Source: an uncultured Ectothiorhodospiraceae bacterium
Lineage (GTDB): Bacteria > Pseudomonadota > Gammaproteobacteria > UBA9214
Length of the DNA stretch: 64,000 bases
Direction: 5' to 3'
Assembly (NCBI GenBank): GCA_947258545.1
Contig: CAMYJI010000004.1
Coordinates: forward strand, 6,701-70,700
The notes under the pieces were generated by a model that was given only the letters and a program-made list of their open reading frames with translations, did not search any database and was not told the DNA's origin. The position numbers and the translations under genes were made by a program. Positions within the stretch are counted from its first letter, which is position 1. Each line of letters opens with the position of its first letter. Positions 38,689-48,763 of this stretch are shown in pieces.

Positions 38689-40254
38689 ATGCGTGAACTC
38701 TACGAGCTGTTTCTGGCCTATGTAAGCGGCATCTGGCGGTATCGCTGGTATATGATGCTGGCGGCCTGGGGCGTATCCATCGCGGGTTGGGGCTATGTCC
38801 ACCAGCTCCCTGATGAGTACGAGGCCACGGCACGGGTCAATGTCGACACCCAGTCCATTCTCCAGCCGCTGCTCCGGGGGCTGACCATCGGTACGAATAC
38901 CTCTGCGCGGGTCCGGCTGGTGACCAGCACGCTGTTAAGCCGCCCGAATCTCGAGAAGCTGACGCGGATGACGGACCTCGACCTGGTCGCGACCACGCCG
39001 GGAGAAATGGAGGAACTGCTGGATGACCTTGGCAGTGATATCCGCATCTCCAGCACCCGCGAGAATGATCTCTACACGATTTCATACCAGGACAGTGACC
39101 CCCAGGTGGCCAAGCGGGTGGTGCAGTCGCTGCTGACGATATTCGTGGAAAGCACCCTGGGCGAGCGACGCGCCGAAACCGACACGGCACAGGAGTTCGT
39201 GGAGGGGCAGATCAAGGGATACGAGGCCAAGCTGAGAGAGGCAGAAGTCAGGCTGGCTGATTTCAAGCGGACCCATGTCGGCCAGATGCCGGGATCGGGG
39301 GAGGATTATTACAGCCAGTTAAAGATGGCCATGGATGATCTCCAGCAGGCGCAGCTGGCATTGCGGGAGGCCCGTAACCGGAGCAACCGCCTCAAACAGC
39401 AAATGGAAGATGATGAGGATTCCTATCTCATGTTCAGCGAGCTGCAGCCCGGTACCGGCTCGGCGCTGGACATGCGCATACAGAACCTCAATGAACGCAT
39501 GGATGAGTTGCTGCTCAAATACACCGAAAAGCACCCGGACGTGGTCGAGATAAGATATTTGGTCGCAGACCTGGAGAAACAACGGGAAGAAGAACGTGCA
39601 TTGATGGATGAAATGGACATGGGTCCCTCGGACAATCCCGTCTACCAGCAAATGAAGATGCAGCTGGCGCAGGCCGATGCCCAGGTCTCGTCCATCCGGG
39701 CACGGGTCGGCGAATACCAGCACCGCGTGAACCGGCTCAAGGAGATGGTCGATACCATCCCCAAGGTCGAGGCCGAACTCAAACAGCTCAACCGCGACTA
39801 TGAGGTGCACCAGCAGAACTTCCAGACCCTGCTCCAGCGCCGTGAAGCGGCCCAAATCTCGGAACAGGCGGAAATCAGCGGTGACCAGATAAAATTCCGC
39901 GTGGTTGATCCCCCGCGGGTGCCGCTCACCCCCTCCGCACCCAACCGGCCCTTGCTGATGACGGGGGTGCTCCTGTTCAGTTTCGCCGTCGGGGCCGCGC
40001 TGGCGCTGTTTCTGTACCTGCTGCGGCCGACACTGGACAATCCGCGCACCGTCATGGATATCCTCGGGAAGCCGGTGCTGGGAGCAATTTCCATGGTGCA
40101 TGATGCACAGTTTGGCAGGCAGCGTCGTAATGCCGTGCTGGCCTATGTGGCGGCCTGCCTGATGTTGCTGGTCCTGTATGTCGGGGTGATGGCGGTTGGT
40201 GAGATGGAGATCAGTATGGCGGGACTACCCAAGGCACTGATGGGGAGCGGTTGA
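38689..40254 (+). CDS. Polysaccharide chain-length determinant (XrtA system, Wzc N-terminal-like)
   Basis: Two TMs flanking a long coiled coil; LLSRPNLE, YTEKHPDV, FRVVDPP..P..PSAPNR. Confidence 0.92.
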   Translation: MRELYELFLAYVSGIWRYRWYMMLAAWGVSIAGWGYVHQLPDEYEATARVNVDTQSILQPLLRGLTIGTNTSARVRLVTSTLLSRPNLEKLTRMTDLDLVATTPGEMEELLDDLGSDIRISSTRENDLYTISYQDSDPQVAKRVVQSLLTIFVESTLGERRAETDTAQEFVEGQIKGYEAKLREAEVRLADFKRTHVGQMPGSGEDYYSQLKMAMDDLQQAQLALREARNRSNRLKQQMEDDEDSYLMFSELQPGTGSALDMRIQNLNERMDELLLKYTEKHPDVVEIRYLVADLEKQREEERALMDEMDMGPSDNPVYQQMKMQLAQADAQVSSIRARVGEYQHRVNRLKEMVDTIPKVEAELKQLNRDYEVHQQNFQTLLQRREAAQISEQAEISGDQIKFRVVDPPRVPLTPSAPNRPLLMTGVLLFSFAVGAALALFLYLLRPTLDNPRTVMDILGKPVLGAISMVHDAQFGRQRRNAVLAYVAACLMLLVLYVGVMAVGEMEISMAGLPKALMGSG

Positions 40255-41198
40255 TGAGCATTTTCGAGAAGGCATTTGAAAAGATGGGTGACAAGCCCGG
40301 CCCGGACCAGGGGGAGGGCTTGGCGGACATGACGGAAACCCGCGAATCCGTGGTTAACGATGCACCTTCCACAGAATTCCCGGGCGACACGGCGCAACCG
40401 GGCGATGGCCTGTACCGGGGTGACGGCCACGGGAAGCCGATCAAGCTGGACCTCACCGGTCTCAAGGCGGCAGGCCTGGTCGATCCCCGCTCGGACAAGA
40501 CCAACCGCACAGCGGAAGAATTCCGGCGCATCAAGCGCCCCTTGCTGATGCATGCCGAGGGCAGGGGTGCCAGCCAGGTCGGTAACGCCAACCTGATCAT
40601 GGTGACCAGCTCCATGCCCGGGGAAGGCAAGACGTTCACCTCGATCAACCTCGCCATGAGCATTGCCATGGAGATGGACAAGACCGTGCTGCTGGTGGAT
40701 TCCGATGTGGCCAAACCCGATGTGACCTCCAGGCTGGGCATAGAGGCCAAGGCGGGCCTGATCGATGTGCTGCTGGACGAGGGGACGGTGCTGCAGGACG
40801 TGTTGCTGAAGACCGACATCCCCAAGTTGAGCCTGCTGCCATCCGGCCGGCGCCATGTGCATGCGACGGAACTGCTGGCCAGTGAACGCATGCGCCAGCT
40901 GACGCTGGAATTGGCCACCCGCTACCCCGACCGGATCGTCATCTTTGACTCCCCGCCCTTGCTGCTGACCAGCGAGGCCCGTGTGCTGGCGGGCTTGATG
41001 GGACAGATTGTCGTCGTTGTCGAGGAGGGGAAGACCTCTCAGGATGTGGTCAAGGACGCGGTGGCCATGCTGGCTGCCAATGAGATCGTCGGTGTGGTGC
41101 TGAACAAGGGCGTGCGCCGGGTGCGCGGGAAACACTACGGAGGGTATGGCTACGACTATGGCTATGGATACGGATACGGATATGGTCGGGGCCGCTAA
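40254..41198 (+). CDS. XrtA-associated tyrosine autokinase (BY-kinase)
   Basis: EEFRRIK, Walker A PGEGKT, VLLVDSD, VIFDSPP; C-terminal Tyr cluster YGGYGYDYGYGYGYGYG. Confidence 0.93.
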   Translation: MSIFEKAFEKMGDKPGPDQGEGLADMTETRESVVNDAPSTEFPGDTAQPGDGLYRGDGHGKPIKLDLTGLKAAGLVDPRSDKTNRTAEEFRRIKRPLLMHAEGRGASQVGNANLIMVTSSMPGEGKTFTSINLAMSIAMEMDKTVLLVDSDVAKPDVTSRLGIEAKAGLIDVLLDEGTVLQDVLLKTDIPKLSLLPSGRRHVHATELLASERMRQLTLELATRYPDRIVIFDSPPLLLTSEARVLAGLMGQIVVVVEEGKTSQDVVKDAVAMLAANEIVGVVLNKGVRRVRGKHYGGYGYDYGYGYGYGYGRGR

Positions 41199-41205
41199 TA
41201 CCCGC

Positions 41206-42753
41206 ATGCGCGCCCAAAGAACCCTGCCAGGCCGGCCCTCAACAGTCTGTGGGCCTAGGCTGGCACTGGGGTGTCTGCTGCTGTCTCTTACTGCAGCCGA
41301 GGCGGGGGAGTGGGACATCACCCCGCGCCTGTCGGTGGCCGAGGTCTACAGCGACAATATCAATCTCGACGACAACGACAAGGAGAGCGACCTGATCACG
41401 GAGATCACGCCCGGGCTCAGTGTCCATGGCCAAGGGGGGCGACTCTCGGTCGATTTTGATTACCAGTTGCAGAACACGATCTTTATCGACAACAGCGACG
41501 CCAACGGCAGTTTCCACCAGTTGTCCGCGGATGCCACGGCCGAGCTGGCGAAGGACCTCTTTTTTCTGGACGCCTCGAGCAGCATGGGGCAGGCCATTAT
41601 CGATGCCGATGAGACCTTTTCCGTGGGCAACCTGAACACCGCAGGCAACCGGACCGATTTCATCACCTATAGCCTGAGCCCCTATCTTCAGCCCCATTTC
41701 GGCGGCTACGCGGACGCGACGCTGCGCTATACCTACAGCGATATAGCCTACGACGAGGGCGCCTCCGATGGTGCGCAGGATCGCTTCGATGCCAGCATCG
41801 TCAGCGGGCGCAAGTTCGGGCCGCTGTCCTGGTCTGCCAACTATGAATTCGCGGATGTCGAACGCGACGACAGCAGCGACGAACGCTTCGAAAATGCCGA
41901 TGCCAGCGCGCGCTATCGCATCAATGACCAGTTCAGCCTGGTCGCTTATGGCGGCTATTCCAACGATGAGCTACAGACCACCGAGGCCATTGAAAACGGC
42001 TCTTACTGGTCCCTGGGTGCCTTCTGGCAGCCCAGCCGCTACTACTCCATCGAGGCCACCAAGGGTGAGCGGCAAGAGACCGCCAGCCTGGGACTGTATC
42101 CCACGCGGCGCACCTCGCTGCTTATCAACTACCGCGACCGGGAGGTCGGCACGAATCCGGGGGCGGTCTGGAGCGGCTCCCTGCAACACCGCACCCGGCG
42201 CACCACCTGGTCTGCGAACTACCTCGAGGACACCACGACCGAGCAGCAGCTGCGGCTGTTAGCCGATTCGATATTCCTCGGGATCGATCCCCTCACCGGT
42301 GAGATCAATACCAATCCCCAGCCCGGCGACCTGGTGGTCGAGGTGCCGATCGATCCCGTCTTCTCGCTCACGAACGAGGTCATCGAGCGCGAACGTGCCT
42401 CTGCGTCGGTCGGCATGAAGACCGGCCGTAGCGGCCTGCAGTTCACGGTCTTCGACGAGCGCCGCACGCGCCTGACCTCGCTCACAGAAGAGCACACCCG
42501 GGGGCTGAGCGCCTCCTGGAACCGGCGGGTTGCCCCGCGCACCAATTCAACGCTGACAGGTTCGTGGCAACGGTTCTCGGACGTGGACGACACCGACAGC
42601 GACTTCTGGTATGTACAGGCGCAGCTCCGGCGCCAGATCAGGCCCAAACTGAACGGCTCGGTCGAATATCGCTTCACCCGCCAGGACGACGATGATGACC
42701 TGAATGACTATGATGAGAACCGGGTCATGGCCCGCCTGACAGCGTATTTCTAG
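41206..42753 (+). CDS. PEP-CTERM system-associated outer membrane beta-barrel protein (TIGR03016-like)
   Basis: WDITPRLSVAEVYSDNI..ITEITPG; terminal YDENRVMARLTAYF; conserved position between kinase and ATPase. Confidence 0.88.
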   Translation: MRAQRTLPGRPSTVCGPRLALGCLLLSLTAAEAGEWDITPRLSVAEVYSDNINLDDNDKESDLITEITPGLSVHGQGGRLSVDFDYQLQNTIFIDNSDANGSFHQLSADATAELAKDLFFLDASSSMGQAIIDADETFSVGNLNTAGNRTDFITYSLSPYLQPHFGGYADATLRYTYSDIAYDEGASDGAQDRFDASIVSGRKFGPLSWSANYEFADVERDDSSDERFENADASARYRINDQFSLVAYGGYSNDELQTTEAIENGSYWSLGAFWQPSRYYSIEATKGERQETASLGLYPTRRTSLLINYRDREVGTNPGAVWSGSLQHRTRRTTWSANYLEDTTTEQQLRLLADSIFLGIDPLTGEINTNPQPGDLVVEVPIDPVFSLTNEVIERERASASVGMKTGRSGLQFTVFDERRTRLTSLTEEHTRGLSASWNRRVAPRTNSTLTGSWQRFSDVDDTDSDFWYVQAQLRRQIRPKLNGSVEYRFTRQDDDDDLNDYDENRVMARLTAYF

Positions 42754-42755
42754 TC

Positions 42756-43649
42756 ATGTACGAGCAGTTCTACAATCTGAAAGCGAACCCCTTCCGGCTG
42801 AGTCCGGATCCGCGATTGCTGTTTCACGCTAGCGGGCACCGCAAGGCGCTGGCCTGCCTTCATTACGGCCTGCAGCAGGGGGAGGGTTTCATTGTGGTGA
42901 CCGGGCATGTCGGCGCCGGCAAGACGCTGCTGGCCCGCGCCATGCTGTCGCAGGTCGACAAGGCCAGGGTGCTGGCCGTCGAACTGGTCACCACGCAGCC
43001 GGATTCCGATGATGTGCTGCGCCTGGTGGCGGCGGCCCTGGGGCTGACTCACCGGGGGCTGGCCCGGTCGGCCCTGTTGAAGCATATCGAGACCTTCCTG
43101 GTGGCACGGGCCCGGGAAGGCCGGCGCGTGATGTTGCTGGTGGACGAGGCCCAGAACCTTACGGCGGATGCGCTTGAAGAGCTGCGCATGTTGTCCAACT
43201 TTCAAGTGGGCGAGAAGACGCAGTTGCAAAGCTTGCTGTTCGGCCAGGAGGCGTTCCGCATGACATTGAGCGCCCCCGGGATGGAACAGTTGCGCCAGCG
43301 GGTCATCGCCACCGCTCACCTGGGGCCGCTCAGCCGGGAGGAGACCCGGGACTATATTCTGCATCGCCTGAAACTTTGCGGCTGGGAGGATGATCCCCGC
43401 TTCACCGACGGGGCCTGCGCACTGATCTTCGAGGACACCGGCGGAAACCCGCGCCGGATCAACCTGCTGTGTGAGCGGGTATTGCTGTTCGGCAGCATCG
43501 AGGAGTTGCATGAAATCGATCATCTCGCGGTGCGGACGGTCATGGACGAGATGCGCCAGGAGCACTGCATCCCCGACGCTGCAGCGGCGCCATCCACCAC
43601 AATGGGGGCCGGTAGCGGTAAACAATTCGGGATCCTCAAGCGGGCCTGA
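42756..43649 (+). CDS. XrtA/PEP-CTERM system-associated ATPase (ExeA-like)
   Basis: MYEQFYNL..PFRLSPDP, GHVGAGKT, LVDEAQNL, LEELRMLSN, GNPRRIN. Confidence 0.93.
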   Translation: MYEQFYNLKANPFRLSPDPRLLFHASGHRKALACLHYGLQQGEGFIVVTGHVGAGKTLLARAMLSQVDKARVLAVELVTTQPDSDDVLRLVAAALGLTHRGLARSALLKHIETFLVARAREGRRVMLLVDEAQNLTADALEELRMLSNFQVGEKTQLQSLLFGQEAFRMTLSAPGMEQLRQRVIATAHLGPLSREETRDYILHRLKLCGWEDDPRFTDGACALIFEDTGGNPRRINLLCERVLLFGSIEELHEIDHLAVRTVMDEMRQEHCIPDAAAAPSTTMGAGSGKQFGILKRA

Positions 43650-43836
43650 GTCGTCGAAATCAGACGTGGTCGTCTATTGCCCCGGTTCCTGATGCTGTGC
43701 AACCGGGCTGCGTGCCAGGACCGTCAGCGCTGTGAACGACGGCTGACTACACTGGAGAAGAACTAAAGGCAAAGGCAGCCGAGCCATAAGACCCGACCAG
43801 GTCAGCGGACCCGGCGCTTCGACCGAGACAAGAACA

Positions 43837-45012
43837 ATGAATGACGACGTGTCAGCATTTAACCATGGCCCCATCCTCTGCGTGGTCGGCGCGCGCCCGA
43901 ACTACATGAAAATAGCACCGATTATCAAAGAGTTGAAACGCATACCTGATTCCATATCGACAAGGCTCGTGCACACCGGACAGCACTATGATCCGGAAAT
44001 GAATGACGCCTTCTTTACCCAGCTGCAGATCCCCCCGCCCGATATCGAGCTGAACGTCGGTTCGGCCAGCCATGCCGTGCAGACCGCCGAAATCATGCAG
44101 CGCTTCGAGCCGGTGATTGAAGCGGAGAATCCGGCGGCGGTCCTGGTGGTCGGCGATGTGAACTCGACCATTGCCTGTGCACTGGTCGCTTCCAAGAGGC
44201 AGATCCCGGTCATCCATGTGGAGGCGGGTCTGCGCAGCTACGATCGCAGTATGCCCGAAGAGATCAACCGCGTGCTGACCGACCAGATTGCAGAACTGCT
44301 GTTTATCACCGAACCGGAGGCGCACGGGAACTTGCTGCGGGAAGGGGTGGCGGCTGACAGGATCCATTTTGTCGGCAATGTCATGATCGACACCCTGCGG
44401 CGCTGCCAGGCGAGGGCGGTACCGCCGCAGGTTACGCTGGCTGCCGTTGATCAGCGGGACCTGTTCCTGTCTGCTGACGCCGGTTATTGCATCCTGACCC
44501 TGCACCGTCCCTCCAATGTGGATGATCCCCGGGTCTTCAGACATATCCTGGAAACGGTGCGCACCGTGAGCGAGCGGATCCCGGTGGTCTTTCCCGTTCA
44601 TCCGCGTACCCGCAAGCAGGCAGCCACGCTGAATCTGCAGGGTCTGCTCGAATCGCCGCGCATCGCGCTCCTGCAACCCCTGGGGTATCTGGAAATGCTC
44701 GGGCTGGTCTCCGGCGCCCAGGTGGTTCTGACGGACTCCGGCGGACTCCAGGAGGAGACCACGGCCCTGGGTATCCCGTGCATCACTCTGCGGCACAACA
44801 CCGAACGCCCGGTCACCGAGGAACAGGGCACCAACACCGTGGTCGGCCACGACCGGCAGCGCATCCTGGCTATTGTCGATGACGTGCTGCAGACCGGCGG
44901 CAAACGGGGCCGGGTGCCCGAGCTCTGGGATGGCAAGGCCGCGGTGCGCATCAAGCAGGTCCTGAACGAATGGCTGCAGCAACGCCAGGAAAAACTCGCC
45001 ATTGCTAATTAA
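43837..45012 (+). CDS. wecB: UDP-N-acetylglucosamine 2-epimerase (non-hydrolysing)
   Basis: VGARPNYMK, HTGQHYD, HVEAGLRS.D..MPEEINR, TDSGGLQEE. Confidence 0.95.
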   Translation: MNDDVSAFNHGPILCVVGARPNYMKIAPIIKELKRIPDSISTRLVHTGQHYDPEMNDAFFTQLQIPPPDIELNVGSASHAVQTAEIMQRFEPVIEAENPAAVLVVGDVNSTIACALVASKRQIPVIHVEAGLRSYDRSMPEEINRVLTDQIAELLFITEPEAHGNLLREGVAADRIHFVGNVMIDTLRRCQARAVPPQVTLAAVDQRDLFLSADAGYCILTLHRPSNVDDPRVFRHILETVRTVSERIPVVFPVHPRTRKQAATLNLQGLLESPRIALLQPLGYLEMLGLVSGAQVVLTDSGGLQEETTALGIPCITLRHNTERPVTEEQGTNTVVGHDRQRILAIVDDVLQTGGKRGRVPELWDGKAAVRIKQVLNEWLQQRQEKLAIAN

Positions 45013-45017
45013 CAGCC

Positions 45018-45425
45018 GTAGGGTGCGCTGTGCGCACCAGAGATAGCCACGGAATCCACGGAAGAACACGGAAAGATAAAAGCTCGAAACGTGAAACACG
45101 ATGCGAGTAGGTTGGGTAAAGGAGCGAAAGCGACGTACCCAACATGATACGGGACTGATTTTATCCCCTCTCCCCAACCCTCTCCCGGAGGGAGAGGGAG
45201 TTAACGGGTAGCAAGTAGGTTGGGTAAAGGAGCAATAGCGACGTACCCAACACAAGGCGGGACTGCTTGACGCTGGCGATAATTAAGTTGAGGAAGGCCT
45301 GATTAACGCATCTTGCGTCATTCCGGCGAAGGCCGGAATCCAGTAGCGTTGTGATTACCAACTACTGGATTCCGGGTCGCAGCTCAGCTCCGCCCGGAAT
45401 GACGGCTTGATCAGACTTATCTTAA
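45018..45425. repeat. Mosaic of five short repeat families
   Basis: GTAG-GGTGCGC-TGT-GCGCACC (45018-45038); CACGGAA x3 (45047-45074); GTAGGTTGGGTA..TACCCAAC x2 (45107, 45215); CCCCTCTCCCCAACCCTCTCCC..GGGAGAGGG (45165-45210); CGTC REP pair (45316-45404). Confidence 0.85.
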
Positions 45426-45461
45426 ACAGGCAACCGTTTTTTGCAGGGAGAATGCACCGCA

Positions 45462-46334
45462 GTGCCGAAGTCGACAGACAACAATACAACGGCGATCAAC
45501 GCCATGACGGTCGACGTGGAAGACTATTTCCAGGTGTCCGCCTTCGAGCCCCACATCGATCGCGGTGACTGGGACCGGCTGCCCTGTCGGGTTGAACACA
45601 ATACCAACCGGATCCTGGAGCTGTTTGCCGAGCACGGCCTGCAGGCCACCTTCTTTACCCTCGGCTGGGTGGCGGAGCGTTACCCGCAACTGGTACGACA
45701 GATTGTCGACTCCGGCCACGAGCTGGCCAGCCACGGTTTCTCGCACGTGCGGGTGACGCAGCAGACACCGGAGGACTTCAGGCAGGACGTCAGCCGGACC
45801 AAGGGGCTGCTCGAGGACACGGGTGGCTGCGCGGTGCGCGGCTACCGCGCCGCCAGTTATTCCATTGTCACGGATACCCTGTGGGCGCACGACCTGCTGC
45901 AGGAGGCCGGCTACCGTTACAGCTCCAGTGTCTACCCGATCCACCACGACCTGTACGGCATCCCCGGGGCGCCGCGCTTTTCCTACCATCACCGGGACGG
46001 GGGTCTGCTGGAGATCCCCATCACCACGGTCTCCCTGCTCAGGCGCAACCTGCCCTGCGGGGGCGGCGGCTATTTCCGGCTGTTGCCCTACCGTATTTCG
46101 CGCTGGGCCATGAAGCGCGTCAACCATAAGGACGGGCAGCCCTGCGTGTTCTACTTCCATCCCTGGGAAATCGACCCGGACCAGCCCCGCCAGGCAGGAA
46201 TATCCCGGAAGACCCGGTTCCGCCACTACCTGAATCTCGAACGCATGCAGGCGCGGCTGACGCGGCTGCTCGGTGACTTCCGCTGGGACCGCATGGATCG
46301 CGTGTTTCTGGGTCAGGAGGGGGGAGTCCCATGA
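45462..46334 (+). CDS. XrtA system polysaccharide deacetylase
   Basis: NAMTVDVEDYFQVSAF, ATFFTLGW, HELASHG, GYRAASYS, GGGGYFRL, FYFHPWEID. Confidence 0.93.
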   Translation: MPKSTDNNTTAINAMTVDVEDYFQVSAFEPHIDRGDWDRLPCRVEHNTNRILELFAEHGLQATFFTLGWVAERYPQLVRQIVDSGHELASHGFSHVRVTQQTPEDFRQDVSRTKGLLEDTGGCAVRGYRAASYSIVTDTLWAHDLLQEAGYRYSSSVYPIHHDLYGIPGAPRFSYHHRDGGLLEIPITTVSLLRRNLPCGGGGYFRLLPYRISRWAMKRVNHKDGQPCVFYFHPWEIDPDQPRQAGISRKTRFRHYLNLERMQARLTRLLGDFRWDRMDRVFLGQEGGVP

Positions 46335-47410
46335 GCCAGGCAGCGACCGTGGCCGAGTCACAGGCAGCGCCGGAGCGGAGTCCGGATGCCCGTATCCAGG
46401 TGCTGGCCCCCGCGGACAGAGGTCGCTGGGACGCCTTCGTGGAGGCCTGCCCGGAGGCCACGTTTTTCCATCGCGCCGGCTGGCAGGAGGTCATCGAGCG
46501 CGCCTTCGGTCACCGTACCCGTTACCTGTATGCCGAGTGCGGGGGTCGGATCACCGGGGTCCTGCCGCTGGGCCATATCCGCAGCCGCCTGTTTGGCAAC
46601 GCACTGATCTCCAGTCCCTTCGGTGTCTATGGCGGTGTCGCCACGGAGGATGAACATGCCCGTCAGCAGCTGGAGTCGGCCGCCTGCGAGCTGGCGGAGG
46701 AACTCGGGGTCGACTACCTGGAGCTGCGCAACCGCGCGGCCCGCCACCCGGACTGGCCCACCAAGCAGCTCTATGTCACCTTCCGCAAGACCATCGACCC
46801 CGATCCGGAACAGAACCTGCTGGCCATCCCCCGCAAGCAGCGCGCCATGGTGCGCAAGGGCATCAAGGCGGGTCTGGAGAGCGGATTCGATCCCACGGTC
46901 GAGCGCTTCTACCGGGCCTACTCGGAGAGCGTGCGCAGTCTCGGCACGCCGGTGTTTTCGCGCCGCTATTTCGAGATCCTGCGCGAGGTCTTCCGGGAGC
47001 AGAGTTCGATCCTCACGGTAACCCACCGCGGCGAACTGGTCGCCAGCGTGTTGAGTTTCTATTTCCGCGACGAGGTCCTGCCATACTACGGTGGCGGGAC
47101 GGCGCGGGCGCGCCGGCTCAAGGGCAACGACTTCATGTATTGGGAGCTGATGCGCCACAGCTGCGAACGCGGTGTGCGGGTGTTCGACTACGGGCGCAGC
47201 AAGGTGGGGTCCGGTTCCTGGAGCTTCAAAAAGAACTGGGGGTTCGAGCCGAGCCCGCTCCACTATGAATACCACCTGGTCAGGGCCACGCAAATGCCGG
47301 ACGTCAGCCCGATGAACCCGAAGTACCGTCTTTTCATCAACACCTGGAAACGGCTGCCCCTGCCGGTCACCCGGCTGGTCGGTCCGCTGCTGGCGCGCAA
47401 CCTGGGCTGA
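46331..47410 (+). CDS. FemAB-related protein, PEP-CTERM system-associated
   Basis: ATFFHRAGW, PFGVYGG, IPRKQRAMVRK, VLPYYGGG, FDYGRSK, FKKNWGF. Confidence 0.92.
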   Translation: MSQAATVAESQAAPERSPDARIQVLAPADRGRWDAFVEACPEATFFHRAGWQEVIERAFGHRTRYLYAECGGRITGVLPLGHIRSRLFGNALISSPFGVYGGVATEDEHARQQLESAACELAEELGVDYLELRNRAARHPDWPTKQLYVTFRKTIDPDPEQNLLAIPRKQRAMVRKGIKAGLESGFDPTVERFYRAYSESVRSLGTPVFSRRYFEILREVFREQSSILTVTHRGELVASVLSFYFRDEVLPYYGGGTARARRLKGNDFMYWELMRHSCERGVRVFDYGRSKVGSGSWSFKKNWGFEPSPLHYEYHLVRATQMPDVSPMNPKYRLFINTWKRLPLPVTRLVGPLLARNLG

Positions 47411-47414
47411 TCTC

Positions 47415-48638
47415 ATGGAAGAGCTGCTGTTTCTCGCCCATCGCATTCCCTATCCCCCCAACAAGGGGGACAAGATCCGCTCCTGGCATATCCTCAGGCA
47501 CCTGGCCCAATCCTACCGGGTACACCTGGGTGCCTTTGTGGACGACCCGGATGACTGGCGCTATCGGGACAAGCTCGAGGCGCAATGTGCGTCCACCTGC
47601 CTGTTGCCATTATCACCTCGACGGGCCCGGCTGCGGAGCCTGTCCGGACTGGTTCAGGAACAGGCGCTGAGTCTGTCCTATTTCCACGACCGGCGGATGC
47701 AGGACTGGGTGGATGCGCGCCTGCAGCGGGCGGCCCTGCGCCGGGTGTTCGTGTTTTCCTCGCCCATGGCCCAATACGTGATGACAGACACCACACCGGA
47801 CGTGCGACGCATCGTGGATTTTGTCGATGTCGATTCGGACAAGTGGCGCCAGTACGCCGAGCGCAAGACCTGGCCACTGAACTGGCTCTATCGAAGGGAA
47901 GGGCGGACCCTGCTCGAGTATGAGCGGGCGGTGGCGTGTGCGTTCGATGCCAGTATTTTTGTTTCCGCGGAAGAAGCCGCCTTGTTCAAGCGGCTTGCCC
48001 CGGAGGCCCCCAGCGGCACGGGCTATTTGGAAAATGGCGTTGACCATGATTACTTCACGCCGGACCTCGGCTATCCGGACCCCTATGACGGGTGTGGCGA
48101 GGTGCTGGTGTTCACTGGCGCTATGGACTACTGGGCAAACATCGATGCGGTCAAATGGTTTGCGCAGGAGGTATTTCCGCAGATCCGGGATGCGGTTAAC
48201 ACTGCCCGGTTCGCCATTGTTGGGGCGCAGCCAACCAGGGAAGTACAGGCGCTTGCATCGCTCCCCGGGGTAATGGTCACTGGTGCCGTAAAGGATATCC
48301 GGCCCTATCTGGCCCATGCGCGGGCGGCTGTCGCACCACTGCGCATCGCACGTGGAGTGCAGAACAAGGTGCTGGAGGCAATGGCAATGGCCAGGCCAAT
48401 GGTAGCAACCTCTGTGGCTGTTGAAGGGATTGAAGTTGCCGGGAACGACGGCCTGGAGATAGCCGACAGCAGTGCTGAATTTGCTGAAAAAACCCTTCGA
48501 TTCCTCAGGTCCTCGGGCCCTGACAGCTTTATGGGTTCACGGCGCTGGGTTTGCCGGAGATATGACTGGGATCACAACCTTGAGAAACTGGATGACCATT
48601 TTGGTATCCGGCAACATGAGCGAAGGCATATAGCCTGA
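47415..48638 (+). CDS. PEP-CTERM/XrtA-associated GT4 glycosyltransferase (TIGR03087-like)
   Basis: LLFLAHRIPYPPNKGDKIRS, DFVDVDSDKW, FTGAMDYWAN, RGVQNKVLEAMA. Confidence 0.93.
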   Translation: MEELLFLAHRIPYPPNKGDKIRSWHILRHLAQSYRVHLGAFVDDPDDWRYRDKLEAQCASTCLLPLSPRRARLRSLSGLVQEQALSLSYFHDRRMQDWVDARLQRAALRRVFVFSSPMAQYVMTDTTPDVRRIVDFVDVDSDKWRQYAERKTWPLNWLYRREGRTLLEYERAVACAFDASIFVSAEEAALFKRLAPEAPSGTGYLENGVDHDYFTPDLGYPDPYDGCGEVLVFTGAMDYWANIDAVKWFAQEVFPQIRDAVNTARFAIVGAQPTREVQALASLPGVMVTGAVKDIRPYLAHARAAVAPLRIARGVQNKVLEAMAMARPMVATSVAVEGIEVAGNDGLEIADSSAEFAEKTLRFLRSSGPDSFMGSRRWVCRRYDWDHNLEKLDDHFGIRQHERRHIA

Positions 48639-48684
48639 ACATGAATAGTCGTTGCATTAATTACAAACAGGACAACACTGATGC

Positions 48685-48752
48685 CCCATTAACTCCCTTT
48701 CCCTCCGGGACTCTTTTTAGTACCCCCTCGAGGGGTAGAGGGTTGGGGAGAG
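48685..48752. repeat. Interrupted copy of the CCCTCTCCC hairpin repeat
   Basis: CCCATTAACTCCCTTTCCCTCCGGGA..AGAGGGTTGGGGAGAG matches the reverse complement of 45165-45210 with an internal insertion. Confidence 0.6.
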
Positions 48753-48763
48753 GTGCTCGCAAT

